Assembly (NCBI GenBank): GCA_001275005.1
Contig: JWZX01003177.1
Location: 1-38,989 of the forward strand
Direction of reading: 5' to 3'
Length of the DNA stretch: 38,989 bases
DNA from: Chrysochromulina tobinii
Taxonomy: Eukaryota
Shown here: one piece after another, positions 29,280 through 38,989 of the stretch
Layout of the letters: every line of letters begins with the position of its first letter
Numbering within the stretch: position 1 is the first letter of the stretch
Notes under the pieces: model-generated
Told to the model about the DNA's origin: nothing
Databases searched by the model: none
What the model saw: only the letters and a program-made list of their open reading frames with translations
Position numbers and translations under genes: made by a program

Positions 29280-29867
29280 CTATCTCAAAGCCGCGACTCC
29301 CGCGGCAGCCACCTGTTCCGCCATGCATGCCACTGCGTCCGTGTAAGAGCCCGAGAGTCGCGCCACTGTCGCGTCGAAGGCCGTGTCGATGGCGGCGGCG
29401 CGGCGGCGCACCTGCACCTGCATCGCCTGCATCGCCTCGATGTTCGCCTGCAGCTTGGCCTCAAACTCGGCGCACTTGGTGAGCTGAGCCGCACGCTGCT
29501 CATTGAGCCTCGCAATCGCAACCTCAGTCTCGGCGCGCAGCTCGCTCTGCCAGCGCTGAAGAGCCGCCTCGGCAGCGTGCCGCTCGTCAGCGCGCCGGCG
29601 CGCCTCGCGAGCCGCTTCCTTTGCGGCCTTGTGCTCCGCCACCTCGCGCTCCAGCGCCTCCGCCTTGCGCATGAGCTCCCACTCCTCGGCTTCCAGTTCG
29701 GCCTCGTCGGGCACGGGTTCAGCCTCGAGGTTGGGCGGCGGCGCAGCGGCGTCTGGCGGTGGAGGGGGTGGCGGGAATGCGGGCGACTTGGCGGAGCGAC
29801 TCGGCGGCACGCTCTGCGACGTGGGCACGACGTACGGCGCCGGCCTTCGATGCACGGATGGCCGCAT
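29280..29867 (-). CDS. Hypothetical Pro-rich/coiled-coil protein (195 aa)
   Basis: ATG-initiated ORF with a Pro tract followed by a Glu/Ala/Arg-rich helical region and GC-rich third positions. Confidence 0.6.
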   Translation of the reverse strand: MRPSVHRRPAPYVVPTSQSVPPSRSAKSPAFPPPPPPPDAAAPPPNLEAEPVPDEAELEAEEWELMRKAEALEREVAEHKAAKEAAREARRRADERHAAEAALQRWQSELRAETEVAIARLNEQRAAQLTKCAEFEAKLQANIEAMQAMQVQVRRRAAAIDTAFDATVARLSGSYTDAVACMAEQVAAAGVAALR

Positions 29868-30034
29868 GGTGATTCACGACCCGCTCTACTCCGACAACAC
29901 GAGATCAGAGCTTTCGTTGTGAATTCAAGCAGGTTTAGGTGAAGTTTTGGGGACCCGTGTACGCATAAACACTCCAGAACAAACTGTGAAAACCTTGTTC
30001 CGACGAACAGATCCGGCTCTCCACCCTGTCCGGG

Positions 30035-33000
30035 ATGATACCCGGCCACTTCTTCGACGTCAGGGGCACGCAGACCGACACCTCCGAGTTCCTGGACCTG
30101 CGCACTCTCCAGCTCGGCTCAGTGCTGCAGCAGCAGCAGCTCGCACAGCTGCGCACGGAGCTGCAGGACGTGAAATCGGAGCATGCGACGCTTCTTAGCC
30201 ACGCGACGATGCACATCGCGGGCGAACGCGATGAGCACTATCGCGCGATGATGCGCCACCTCGAGCAGACGCACAAGCAGGTGAGCGACAACGCGCGCGC
30301 CGCAGCGGCCGCCAACCTGAACAACGAGCTGATCAAGCAGCGCGAGATGCTCGAGCGCACCATCGCCGAAAGGTTTCAGGAAGAGGCGGCGCGGCGCGAA
30401 GCGCAGGTCGAGGAGTTCCAGCGCCAGATCAAGGCACTCGAGATCAAGTTGCAACAGAAGGTCTATGCAAACAAGGATCTCGAGGGGACGCTCGCCAGTA
30501 CCAAAGATGAGCTGAAAGTAGAGGCCGAGAAGGTGTGGGAGTTACGGGACATGGTTGCGCGCATCAGGCGCGAGCACGCGGAGCAGCTCGTGCGAGAGAA
30601 GAAGGTAGGCTACGTCGACGAGGCCCTGCTACGCGCGTCCGAGGCGCGCGAGATGAAGCTTGAGGAGGACCTCAAGCTCAAGGTCGCGCAGCTGGCCGAG
30701 GAGAAGAGGAAGCTAGAGGCAGAGAAGAAGCGCGCGCAGGAGGCTGAGGACGAGCTCTTCAAGACGCGCGACCAGCTGCTGCACGTCAAGGATGAGCTCG
30801 AGCACGAGAAGACCGAGCGGGTCAAAGAGAGGGAGGCCGCCGCCGCGCTGCTCAAGCGGACGATCGACGAGTGGACCGCCAAGCTCGAGCACGAGCGCGC
30901 CGAGCGGGCCAAGGAGAAGGAGCTGTCGAATTTCATGGTCTCGCGCCAGGCAGAGGCCGTGAGGAAGCTCGCGCTCGAGAACGGCCAGCTGCTGATGGTG
31001 ATGGGCGGCATGCCCGCGCTCAAGCAAATAGCTTCGGTCGTGCCGGCGCCAGCCAAGCGCCCGTCGGCTCCGCCGACGCCGGTGCCGACGCCGCCTTCGA
31101 ACGAGTCGGTGCTCAATGCGGGGCTGGGGGGCGGCCCGGGCAAGTCGGGGACGCCTTCCACCTTGGCAGGGAAGCCGAGCCGTGGCAAGCCGAACGCCTT
31201 CGCGGCGGCGGTGTCCAAGGCGGCCTCCAAAGCCGCTGAGGGGGAGGCCAAGGCGGCGGCCGAGGCCAGATTGGAGGCCGAGGAGGCGAAGAGTGCTGCC
31301 CTTGAGGAGGCCAAGGCCGCGTTGGATAAGGAGCTCGCTGAGGCGCGCGCCGAGGCTGAGGCCGCCCGGGCCGAGGCGGCGAGCGCCAAGGCTGAGGCGC
31401 AGGCCGCGGCAGAGGCCCTGGCTCAGGGCGGTGCCGCCTTAGCCGATGGCATCGCACAGCCGGCCATCGAAGCGGCTAAGGCCGAGGCACAGGCCGCGGC
31501 TGAGGTCGCCATAGAGGGGGCTCGGGCCGAGGCACAGGCCGCGGCCGAGGCGCTCGCCGTGGCCGAGGCGGCCCGTGCGCAGGCGCAGGCGGAGGTGGAG
31601 GCGACGGTAGCGCAGGCGGAGGCAACGGTGGCGCAGGCGAACGCGGCAATGACGCGGTATCAGGCGCAGGCGGAGGCGGCGATCGCCCAGGCGCAAGCGG
31701 CGCTGCAGCAGGCGAACGCAGAGGCGGACGAGGCGCGGGCCGAGGCGGCGGCGGTTCGATCCGAGCTCGAGGCTGCGAGGGCCGATGTGAGCCAGGCGAA
31801 CGAAGCGGCCGCGCGGGCAGCCGCACGCGCAGCAGCCGAGGAGTCGGAGTCGCATGCAAGAGCTGTGGAGGCGGCGAAGAAGGCGGAGGCAGCGGCGGCG
31901 GCCGAGGTTGCGGCGGCGCGGGCGAGGGCAGCGGAGGCGGCCGCGGCGCGCGCGGCAGAGGCGGAGGCCGGCGGGGCGACACACAACTTCGCGTCCGAGG
32001 CCGAGGCGGCTCTGGCCAGGGCGCTGAAGGAGGCGGAGGTCAAGGCGGAGGCGGCAATGGCGGAGCTTGATGTGGCACGGCTCGAGATGGCCGCGCTCCG
32101 GCAGCAGGCTGCACAGCACGAGGAGCGCGCGCGGGGGCTGGCGGAGGCGCGCGCGCGCGGAGAGGAGGAGGCGGCGAGGGCGAACGCGCGCGCGGCGGAG
32201 GCGGCAACAAGGGCAAAAGCGAAGGAGGCGTCCGAGGCGTTCAAGTTCGCAGCAAAGGTGTCGGCGGCCGAAGCGAAGGTGAAGGCGGCCAAGGCGACGG
32301 CGGAGGCGGGCTCTGCGGCAAAGGTGGCGTCGGCCGAGGCGAAGGCAGATGCGGCCGAGGCGAAGGCCTCGGCGGCCGAGAAGAAGGCTGCGGCGGCCGA
32401 GAAGAAGGCTGCGGCGGCCGAGGCGAAGGCTGCGGCGGCCGAGGCGACCGCTGCAGCCGAGGGGAGGGAAGCGCACGAGGCGATGAGGGCGGCCCAAGCG
32501 AAGGCGGCGGCCGCCGAGGCGGCTGAGGCGGCGGCGCTCAGGCAGGCAATGGAGGCGAAGGCGGCGGCCTCAGCTGCGCAAGGCGCTGCCGCCCAAGCCG
32601 TGGAGGAGAGCCGTGCGCAGGCCGTGGCGGGCAAGGCGGCGGTCTTGGCCGCACAGGTTGAGGCGCAGGCTGCCAAGGGAGCTGCCGTGCGACCCACGTC
32701 CGCCGAAGACAAGCTTGCCGATGCCCGGGCAAGGGTGGCGGAGCTCGAGCAGAGCCTCAAGCTCGCAGCCGCTCGCGAGAAGAAGCTGCAGGAGGAGAAT
32801 GCGCGACTGGCGTTCATGGTGCCTGCGATGGCGCCGCTGCCGCCCGATTACTTTGCCAAGGGAGGCAGTCGGCCTCCCTCGTCTCCCCGGCCTTCGACGA
32901 GGGAGGACCGGCCTCCTAGTGCTTCCAACCAGTTCCCACCGTGGGCTCGAGCCGGGGTGGACCCACTCGATGTGCGCGGACACGGCTTGGTATCGCCTCC

Positions 33001-33514
33001 AAAGGGGTCGCCCACGCCGGCGGCCAAGGGATCGTCGGCGACGCCGGCGCCAAAGGGGGCAATGGCGGAGTCGTCGTCGGCAGCCGCCCGCGCGGCGGCT
33101 TTGAAAGAGGCGGAGGCAAAGGTGCCTCCCGCCGGGATTCTCGGACCGGCGCCCCCGGGCACCTATACTGATGGACTGTTCAATCAAACGCCGTGGGGCG
33201 TCCGGCAGCCCAATACGGCGCGAGCGGATGTGGGAGCCCTGCTGCCGGCGGATGCGCCGCTGCCGGTCGCGCCTGGGTCACTCTCGGCGCGCGACCGCCC
33301 GACGTCGCGCGGCGGCCCGGGTGGGCCGGTACCTCCGCCCAGGCGCCCAACCGGGCTGGGCGGCGCGAACGCGCCCGTGCGCCGTGCCAATATGCAGAAG
33401 AGCCAGGAGCTTGCGGCCATTCACTCTGGCGTCGACGCGATCGGAATGACCCGCGCGTGGCAGTACACCGACGAGCCGCCCGGCCCTCCGGAGCGGCCGA
33501 GGAAGTTTCCGTAG
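30035..33514 (+). CDS. Large Ala/Glu/Lys-rich coiled-coil protein with a disordered Pro-rich tail
   Basis: 1159-aa ORF with extended heptad regions and no recognisable globular domain. Confidence 0.85.
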   Translation: MIPGHFFDVRGTQTDTSEFLDLRTLQLGSVLQQQQLAQLRTELQDVKSEHATLLSHATMHIAGERDEHYRAMMRHLEQTHKQVSDNARAAAAANLNNELIKQREMLERTIAERFQEEAARREAQVEEFQRQIKALEIKLQQKVYANKDLEGTLASTKDELKVEAEKVWELRDMVARIRREHAEQLVREKKVGYVDEALLRASEAREMKLEEDLKLKVAQLAEEKRKLEAEKKRAQEAEDELFKTRDQLLHVKDELEHEKTERVKEREAAAALLKRTIDEWTAKLEHERAERAKEKELSNFMVSRQAEAVRKLALENGQLLMVMGGMPALKQIASVVPAPAKRPSAPPTPVPTPPSNESVLNAGLGGGPGKSGTPSTLAGKPSRGKPNAFAAAVSKAASKAAEGEAKAAAEARLEAEEAKSAALEEAKAALDKELAEARAEAEAARAEAASAKAEAQAAAEALAQGGAALADGIAQPAIEAAKAEAQAAAEVAIEGARAEAQAAAEALAVAEAARAQAQAEVEATVAQAEATVAQANAAMTRYQAQAEAAIAQAQAALQQANAEADEARAEAAAVRSELEAARADVSQANEAAARAAARAAAEESESHARAVEAAKKAEAAAAAEVAAARARAAEAAAARAAEAEAGGATHNFASEAEAALARALKEAEVKAEAAMAELDVARLEMAALRQQAAQHEERARGLAEARARGEEEAARANARAAEAATRAKAKEASEAFKFAAKVSAAEAKVKAAKATAEAGSAAKVASAEAKADAAEAKASAAEKKAAAAEKKAAAAEAKAAAAEATAAAEGREAHEAMRAAQAKAAAAEAAEAAALRQAMEAKAAASAAQGAAAQAVEESRAQAVAGKAAVLAAQVEAQAAKGAAVRPTSAEDKLADARARVAELEQSLKLAAAREKKLQEENARLAFMVPAMAPLPPDYFAKGGSRPPSSPRPSTREDRPPSASNQFPPWARAGVDPLDVRGHGLVSPPKGSPTPAAKGSSATPAPKGAMAESSSAAARAAALKEAEAKVPPAGILGPAPPGTYTDGLFNQTPWGVRQPNTARADVGALLPADAPLPVAPGSLSARDRPTSRGGPGGPVPPPRRPTGLGGANAPVRRANMQKSQELAAIHSGVDAIGMTRAWQYTDEPPGPPERPRKFP
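32371..32444 (+). repeat. 21-bp coding tandem repeat (EKKAAAA-like), about 3.5 copies
   Basis: gagaagaaggctgcggcggcc units are visible. Confidence 0.8.
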
Positions 33515-33959
33515 TTGAAAAATATCGCTGTAAGTGCTTCAGTAATTTTGTCATGGTTTGCCGTTTGGTTTCCGCGCCCGGAGCACGAGTGCACGGACGC
33601 CCCCGCGCCCCGGACCGGTACGGATCTCTAAGCGCGAGCACCTAAGCAGGGGCGCGCCGGGTCCCGGATACGTTTCACGTTTCTGATAGAACAAACGAAG
33701 CCACGCTCAACGCGTTCGCTCTCAAGCGTCTGGGGTTGGGGGGCGGGGACCACACGATGTCGCTGACGCTATGCCACGCCACGCCACACGCCACGGTGTC
33801 GCTCGCGGGCCGCCCGCGTCACCCACACCGTGCGATCACACTTCGACTCACATTCCACGAACACACGCACCTCTGAACTATCCCACCTCGCACGAAAACC
33901 CTGTCCGGCTCCGCGTATCGCCGTGAAGCACGCGGCATACGGCTGTAATTGACTCCGCC

Positions 33960-35991
33960 TCAAGGCGCGAAGGGCGTCACCGCCTTCGCCACGCCCATCT
34001 TCTCGAGCTCCTCTGCGACCGCAATGGTCACTCGGTCGCAGCCATAGCCGCCGACGACCTGGCAGCCGAGGGGCAGCTTCGTGCGCGGGTCGGCGCCTAG
34101 CGGCACCGCCGTCGCAGGGAGAGCCAACACATTCCACAGGCCGCATTGGCCCGCGTCGGGGAAGCGCAGCAGATTCTCGTGGTGGCGCGGCGCCGGGGTG
34201 AGCAGCGAGGGGCAGACGAGCACAGCGGTGCCCGCGCCGAGCAGCGCGTCCAGACGCGTGCGGAGCTTCAGCCCCTTGCCGATCATGGTGCGTCGCGAAG
34301 AAAAGAGACGGTCGAGACACGCATCGAGCGTCTCGACCAGGGCAAGGCCCACGGCAGGTAGCGTGTGACGCGCCGTCTGTCCTCCGCCGCGCAGGCATCG
34401 AAGCGCTTCGAGCCCCACCTGCCAGACCGTGTATGGGCCGTCGCGCCGGCCATCGGATATGATGTGACGGAACGGAAGCGCCTGTGCAGCCGCGAGCGTT
34501 GCTGACCAGATCGAGAAGGCGTACGCCGTCTCGGGCAGTTCAGCGTGTCCAATGTGAACGACCTTGCAGCCGCGAGCTGAGAGTGCCGCAACCGCCCGCG
34601 CCTGCGCCGCCCTCAGCTCCGGGTGCAGACCCGAGCGCAATGGCCACGGGAGGAAGGGCTCGTCGAAGACGAAGACGGTCAAGCTCGCGACGTCCACGTC
34701 GCGCGGTGAGGCAGCCAGCAGCGACGCGCGGGCATCTGGCCGACAGACGCGGTCGATGCCGTCGGCTCCTGCCAGCGTGACAAGGAGCGGATAGAGGTCG
34801 CACGCGTGGCGCGTGGTGGGACCCAGCTGGCAATAGATCGAGACGAGCGAGTCGGGCGGCACGTGCGGCAGCGTGCCCGAGTTGGGAATGGTGCCTCCAG
34901 TCGGCTTATGTCCAAATAGGCCGCAGTAGAGCGAGGGGATTCGAGTCGAACCTCCGACGTCGGACGTAACCGCGAGGGGTGCGCCAGCCGCCGCCACGAG
35001 TGCCGCGGCGCCGCCACTCGAGCCGCCCGGTGTGCGCGTGCCGCCACCATGCGGGTTAACACTCCGCCCGTAGACTTGCGAGGCGGGGATCGAACGCGCA
35101 TGGGCTTGTGAGCTTGTGAGCTTATGAGATTGTGGGCAAGGAGGAGAGCTGTCCACGGAGCCGGAGGGGAGACGAGTTCGAGCTCCATCTCCTACTGGGG
35201 TTCGCCGCCTCATGGAACATGCACGCCTCACTCACATTGGTGCTGCCGAGGATCGGGAGGCCAGCCTCGGCAAGCCGCGTCATGGACGGTGCAGTGGTGA
35301 GTCCGACGCGCCCGGTCAGAGAGGCGACGCCAGCCGTGAATGGGAGGCCAGCGATTTCAAAGCACTCCTTGACGAGGATGGGCACGCCCCAGAGAGGTGC
35401 GATGCTCACGGGTGGCGCGCGGCCAGCTGCCACGGCCGCATCGGCCGCATCGGCCTCCTTGAGCGCATCTTCGAAGCGGCGTGCGGTCAGCGCGTTGAGC
35501 GACTCATCGGCACGCAAGAGCTGCTGCACGCAAAGCTCGGTCAGCGCTCGAGACGTGAGCTCGCCTCGCCGAATTCGGGCACTCAGCACCGTCGCGGGCT
35601 GGAGGCATGGGACGTCCGGCACGAGGTTCTCCGGCCGCAGTGCCACCTTGCCGTTCTTCGACGGAGAGTCTTGGGCCTGGGCCTCGCCGTCAATAATTAC
35701 GTGCCAGAGGCCTTTTTTCGCGTCACGTCCGACCACGCGAGCCCTCTTGCCGTTGCGGTCAACGTACTGCGTGAGACCACTCACGGTGCAATAATCGCCC
35801 AACGTTATCACCCCGAGCTCGTGTATACGTGTGTACGAGGCCTGAGACTTTGCGACTGCGGTCCGGCTCGTTCGGTGCCAGAGCTCAAGAAGGATCAGCG
35901 GCAGGATGAGTGGACCGAGGATAATGAGAAGAATAGGCGGTGGTGGAGAGGCGACCATGTCAAGAGCGAGGTCGTGGAGTGCCGCAAGCAT
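33960..35991 (-). CDS. FAAH2: Amidase-signature enzyme, fatty-acid amide hydrolase 2-like; two exons (35991-35196 and 35074-33960)
   Basis: PLWGVPILVKE (Lys), TNVSE, TPGGSSGG (cis-Ser), SDVGGSTRIPS (nucleophile Ser) and GLFGHKPT. Splicing restores NP-I-YGRSVNP and gives 1911 nt in frame. N-terminal TM helix. An alternative start lies at 36021. Confidence 0.9.
35075..35195 (-). other. 121-nt GT-AG spliceosomal intron containing an 8-bp degenerate tandem repeat
   Basis: Minus strand reads CCCA|GTAGGAG...CGCAAG|TCTAC, and removal joins the two amidase ORFs in frame. (gcttgtga)-like x4 lies at about 35104-35135. Confidence 0.88.
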
Positions 35992-36191
35992 CGCGATGGG
36001 GCGGCGCGAATGTTGCGACATGTATGGGAAACGAATTCCAACAAAAAATGCAAGCACCGGGTCGCGTCTGTTGTGTTAATGTTCACACGGGCGCACACGG
36101 CACAGAAGAACCTCACATCCATCCCAACCCACCAACGCACCCACACGCACCGCACAATCTTGCGGTTAGCGTCAGTAGCTCAGTGTAGTCA

Positions 36192-36219
36192 GTACGGGTA
36201 CAATGTACTGGTACTGTAC
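36192..36219. promoter_or_regulatory. Cluster of 5 GTAC palindromes in a divergent intergenic region
   Basis: GTAC at 36192, 36198, 36205, 36211 and 36216. Function is inferred only. Confidence 0.3.
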
Positions 36220-36371
36220 CGCAAAAGTAACCATCCTCCATTTCCGCGACCCCACTCGAGGTCGCTACATGTATCTGGCGCCTATGGCTTCTAATCTTTG
36301 CCAACTGGCGGGGCCTCCGTTTGACGAACTGACGTGACTAAAACAGCACGAGATTGTGTGCAGAGATTGTG

Positions 36372-37343
36372 ATGGCGCTGCGGAAGGACCCCGCCGTCCG
36401 ACCTTGCCTTGCTTTCGCAATGCGTCTCGGGAACATCATGCTGTTGTTATCAAGCGTTGTTGTCCAGGCCAAGCTTGACCGGACCGGACGACATCCTGGA
36501 CCGCACCACTCCAAGATGAGCGACGGCGTGTGGCACGTCTGTGTTCAAGCTGGCGGAACGGGTGCTGACGGCATGGGCGACTTTCAGTTGAAGTACGAGA
36601 CGGATGTTGAGATCCTCGAGGGCATGCGCACGCATGTTGCCGTCGCAGCGGATGGACGAAATTTGCTCAGATGGCCGTCCATGACAGCTGCTGACCTGGA
36701 GAAGAAAAAAGAAACTCGGCAAGCCAACTCGCTAGGCTCAAGCACGCTACCGACAGTTTTCGTGTCCGGCGCCTTGCCTCTCGACCTATACTACGAAGTG
36801 CGGCGTTCACTCGCTCGCTTCACCAACTCCGGCACCGACCTCTCGCTGGCATGTTCGCTCCCTGCGGGCGTACAGGCGACTGCAAAGGGCAATCTCAAAA
36901 AGCCGATCGGCGGCAGTTGGAAGGAGGCGACTTGCCTGCAGTCGCTCTCTCTCTTTCGCGTGGCCGGCCCGGTCAATGTTGAGGTCACCTCGCTGCTGAT
37001 GAGCCAGCGGTTTCGGCTCAAGATTGGCCGCGGCCTCGCGAGGCTTCGATGCCCGATTTCGCTGCAGGCAGAGTTTCCTTACCGAGGGAGCGAAAAGTCC
37101 GAACCCCCAGATTATGAGCTCGGGTGGCGCCAGAATTTGGACGAGGAAGGGAAGCGCCGGCTGCGCGCGCGCATCCTCATGCCCGGCCGTCGCGCGAGCG
37201 CTGCGTGGCTTGAGTATCGGGACGCTACGATCGACGAGAACGGCGAGTGGATCGCTAAGATCGCAATGCCTCTCGACGGCGGGTGCAACGGCGGCAAGCG
37301 CTGGAAGCCCGAGATCTCGATCCGGCGCGAATGGCTGTGGTAG
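36372..37343 (+). CDS. Hypothetical protein with possible signal peptide and beta-strand-rich C-terminal half
   Basis: ATG-initiated ORF (alternative ATGs at 36420 and 36438). Hydrophobic IMLLLSSVVVQA; ends PEISIRREWLW. Confidence 0.65.
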   Translation: MALRKDPAVRPCLAFAMRLGNIMLLLSSVVVQAKLDRTGRHPGPHHSKMSDGVWHVCVQAGGTGADGMGDFQLKYETDVEILEGMRTHVAVAADGRNLLRWPSMTAADLEKKKETRQANSLGSSTLPTVFVSGALPLDLYYEVRRSLARFTNSGTDLSLACSLPAGVQATAKGNLKKPIGGSWKEATCLQSLSLFRVAGPVNVEVTSLLMSQRFRLKIGRGLARLRCPISLQAEFPYRGSEKSEPPDYELGWRQNLDEEGKRRLRARILMPGRRASAAWLEYRDATIDENGEWIAKIAMPLDGGCNGGKRWKPEISIRREWLW

Positions 37344-37400
37344 CATCTCCCCAGCATCTCCCGAGATCTCGATCCGGCGGGAATGGTAGTGGTAGCATCT
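37308..37400 (+). repeat. 41-bp direct duplication of the gene end including the stop codon
   Basis: 37308-37348 and 37360-37400 match with 3 mismatches. Confidence 0.9.
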
Positions 37401-37958
37401 TGGTGTGAGCAAGGAAGCATGGAAGATGTCGCGCTCTCGCGATCGGCGCGAGGAGGACAAAGGCAATACGGCTATACTTTACGGCATGGCAGCGGCGTCG
37501 GGGCACGACGTCCCGAGGAGTCCCAAGGCTGCACCAAGTATTCATAAGCTGCCGACAATCAATCAGCGTCCCCCCGGGACGGCCGTGTAGTTACGTGATC
37601 TGTGTGTCGGAACAAAACCCCGACCGTCTCGGGTTCCGTGGCATTCCGTCGGGGGGACGCGCACTAGGGTACTACCAACTACGCACTACGGTGGGCGTTT
37701 CAAACGTTTACGTCGTTAACTTTCAGTTATTTCATGAGGCAACCGAGATTTACGCCGAGAACGAGTCACCAGGCCCGACGGTGCCGGCTACCAAAAGCAC
37801 CCCGCACACTACGACCATTCTACGCTATTTAATGGTCCTGGACAGGTATACACAGACCCAGGAGGTGTCGCGCCTACGACGGCGCCTCTTACCGGTACCA
37901 ACTCCCCCAGGTGGACAAGTGCGAATTCGAGTGAGGTGAGGGCCGACTTGGACTGCCC

Positions 37959-38989
37959 ATGGCCGGCCTCGTCCACGTCCTGCCGCTCTGGCAAACGCTT
38001 GGCGCGCCAATCATATCTGCTGCTCCCACGCATCATGCAAGCATCGAGCGCATTACATTCAGTGTCAGCTTGGGAAGCGGCGACGGCGCGCCATCACGAT
38101 GGCGGTCGCAACAGCCGCCGCAGCAGCAACAGCAGCAGAGGAAGCTCACAGCATACGAGGGAGCGCTGCCGAGCCATGCGCTGTTGGCAGCCATGCGAAA
38201 ATGCGGCGCCGGAGACATTGCGGAGGAGATGCTCGAACTCGAGCATCGAGGCGCCAAGGTGATGATCACCGCGAGTATCCCTGAGGGCGCGCCTACGACA
38301 GGCCACGCCATCCTGCGCGCTGTCGGCTCGGACATGAGCTGCTTCACACCAGCGCTTCAGGAAGAGCTGCGTCAGTTTGTGGTGCTCTCCGACCGGCCGG
38401 TCCTCTTATATGACATCGTCGAAGCCTCCTCTCCTCCGCCTCCACCACCAAAGCCGCCGAAGCCGCCGTCGCCAAAGCCGCCCCTGGCCTCGCCAAGGCC
38501 TCCCTCGCCCTCGCCGCCGCCACCCTCGCCTTCGCCGCCTCTACCACCACCACCGTTTCCTCACCATCCCCGGGGGACGCCTGATGCGCCGCAGCCGTCA
38601 CCGCCGCCACCGTCGCCACGTCCACAGCCACCGCCGCCGCCAATGCCACCGCCACCGCCACCGCCGTCGCAGCCGCCAACACCCTCGCTGCCTCCACCCA
38701 CGCCCTCGCCTCCTCCACCCTCGCCCTCGCCGCCGCCGCCGCCGCCCTCACCAGTGCCGCCTCACCACCCCATCGGAGCACCGGAAGCGCCACCACCGGA
38801 ACCATCGCCACGTCCACGACCACCTCCGCGATCGCCGCCGCCACCTACAGCGCCGGAGCCCTCGCCGCCGCCACCACCCTCTGCGCCGCCGTCCTCGCCG
38901 CCACCCTCGCCGCCGCCCTCGCCGCAGCCGCCGCGGCCGCCGCCGCCCTCGCCACTGCCGCCCTCGCCGCCGCCACCCCTGCCACCCTC
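37959..38989 (+). CDS. Pro-rich (SPPPP-type, extensin/pherophorin-like stalk) protein, probably secreted, 3'-truncated by the window edge
   Basis: Manual translation from ATG 37959 gives MAGLVHVLPLWQTLGAPIISA...QQQQRKL...EASSPPPPPPPKPPKPPSP, open to the window end. It is absent from the ORF track because it has no stop. Confidence 0.75.
   Translation, partial: MAGLVHVLPLWQTLGAPIISAAPTHHASIERITFSVSLGSGDGAPSRWRSQQPPQQQQQQRKLTAYEGALPSHALLAAMRKCGAGDIAEEMLELEHRGAKVMITASIPEGAPTTGHAILRAVGSDMSCFTPALQEELRQFVVLSDRPVLLYDIVEASSPPPPPPKPPKPPSPKPPLASPRPPSPSPPPPSPSPPLPPPPFPHHPRGTPDAPQPSPPPPSPRPQPPPPPMPPPPPPPSQPPTPSLPPPTPSPPPPSPSPPPPPPSPVPPHHPIGAPEAPPPEPSPRPRPPPRSPPPPTAPEPSPPPPPSAPPSSPPPSPPPSPQPPRPPPPSPLPPSPPPPLPP

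Noticed and set aside
28889..29942. ORFs 29103-29942 (+), 28912-29328 (-) and short gccgtgaacc repeats
   Set aside because: The translations are not protein-like. The repeats are short and degenerate with no TIR/TSD structure.
35075..35231. Amidase as a frameshifted pseudogene or two genes
   Set aside because: A canonical 121-nt GT-AG intron restores one intact frame with all catalytic residues.
38344..38844. Minus-strand Val/Ala-rich 166-aa ORF
   Set aside because: It is antisense to the Pro-rich plus-strand gene starting at 37959.

Overview
GC-rich, gene-dense and almost intron-free eukaryotic DNA. The gene content and style suggest a haptophyte-like alga (inference). About 15 protein-coding genes are present, in order: a 5'-truncated UPL3/TRIP12-type HECT E3 ligase, a secreted DCR2/PAP-type metallophosphoesterase, an indoleamine 2,3-dioxygenase, a membrane-anchored SGNH-fold protein lacking its catalytic Ser (with an overlapping Pro-rich ORF), a GT77-like glycosyltransferase, a TPR/2OG-Fe(II) oxygenase, a Gfo/Idh/MocA oxidoreductase, an FHA-SAP-tandem-BRCT (MDC1-like) protein, an R-S-E ADP-ribosyltransferase (ART), an ARM-repeat/U-box E3 ligase, two coiled-coil proteins, a two-exon FAAH2-like amidase, an unknown protein and a 3'-truncated Pro-rich protein. 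Four observations stand out. (1) The ART gene is head-to-head with the ARM/U-box gene, whose near-identical 129-bp repeats vary almost only at ligand-groove codons, a candidate sensor/effector immune module. (2) A 151-bp insertion has inverted (CAAGT)n ends and an 11-bp target-site duplication. (3) The SGNH protein looks like a pseudo-esterase surface receptor. (4) The MDC1-like protein carries a SAP domain. No RNA genes or CRISPR arrays were seen.
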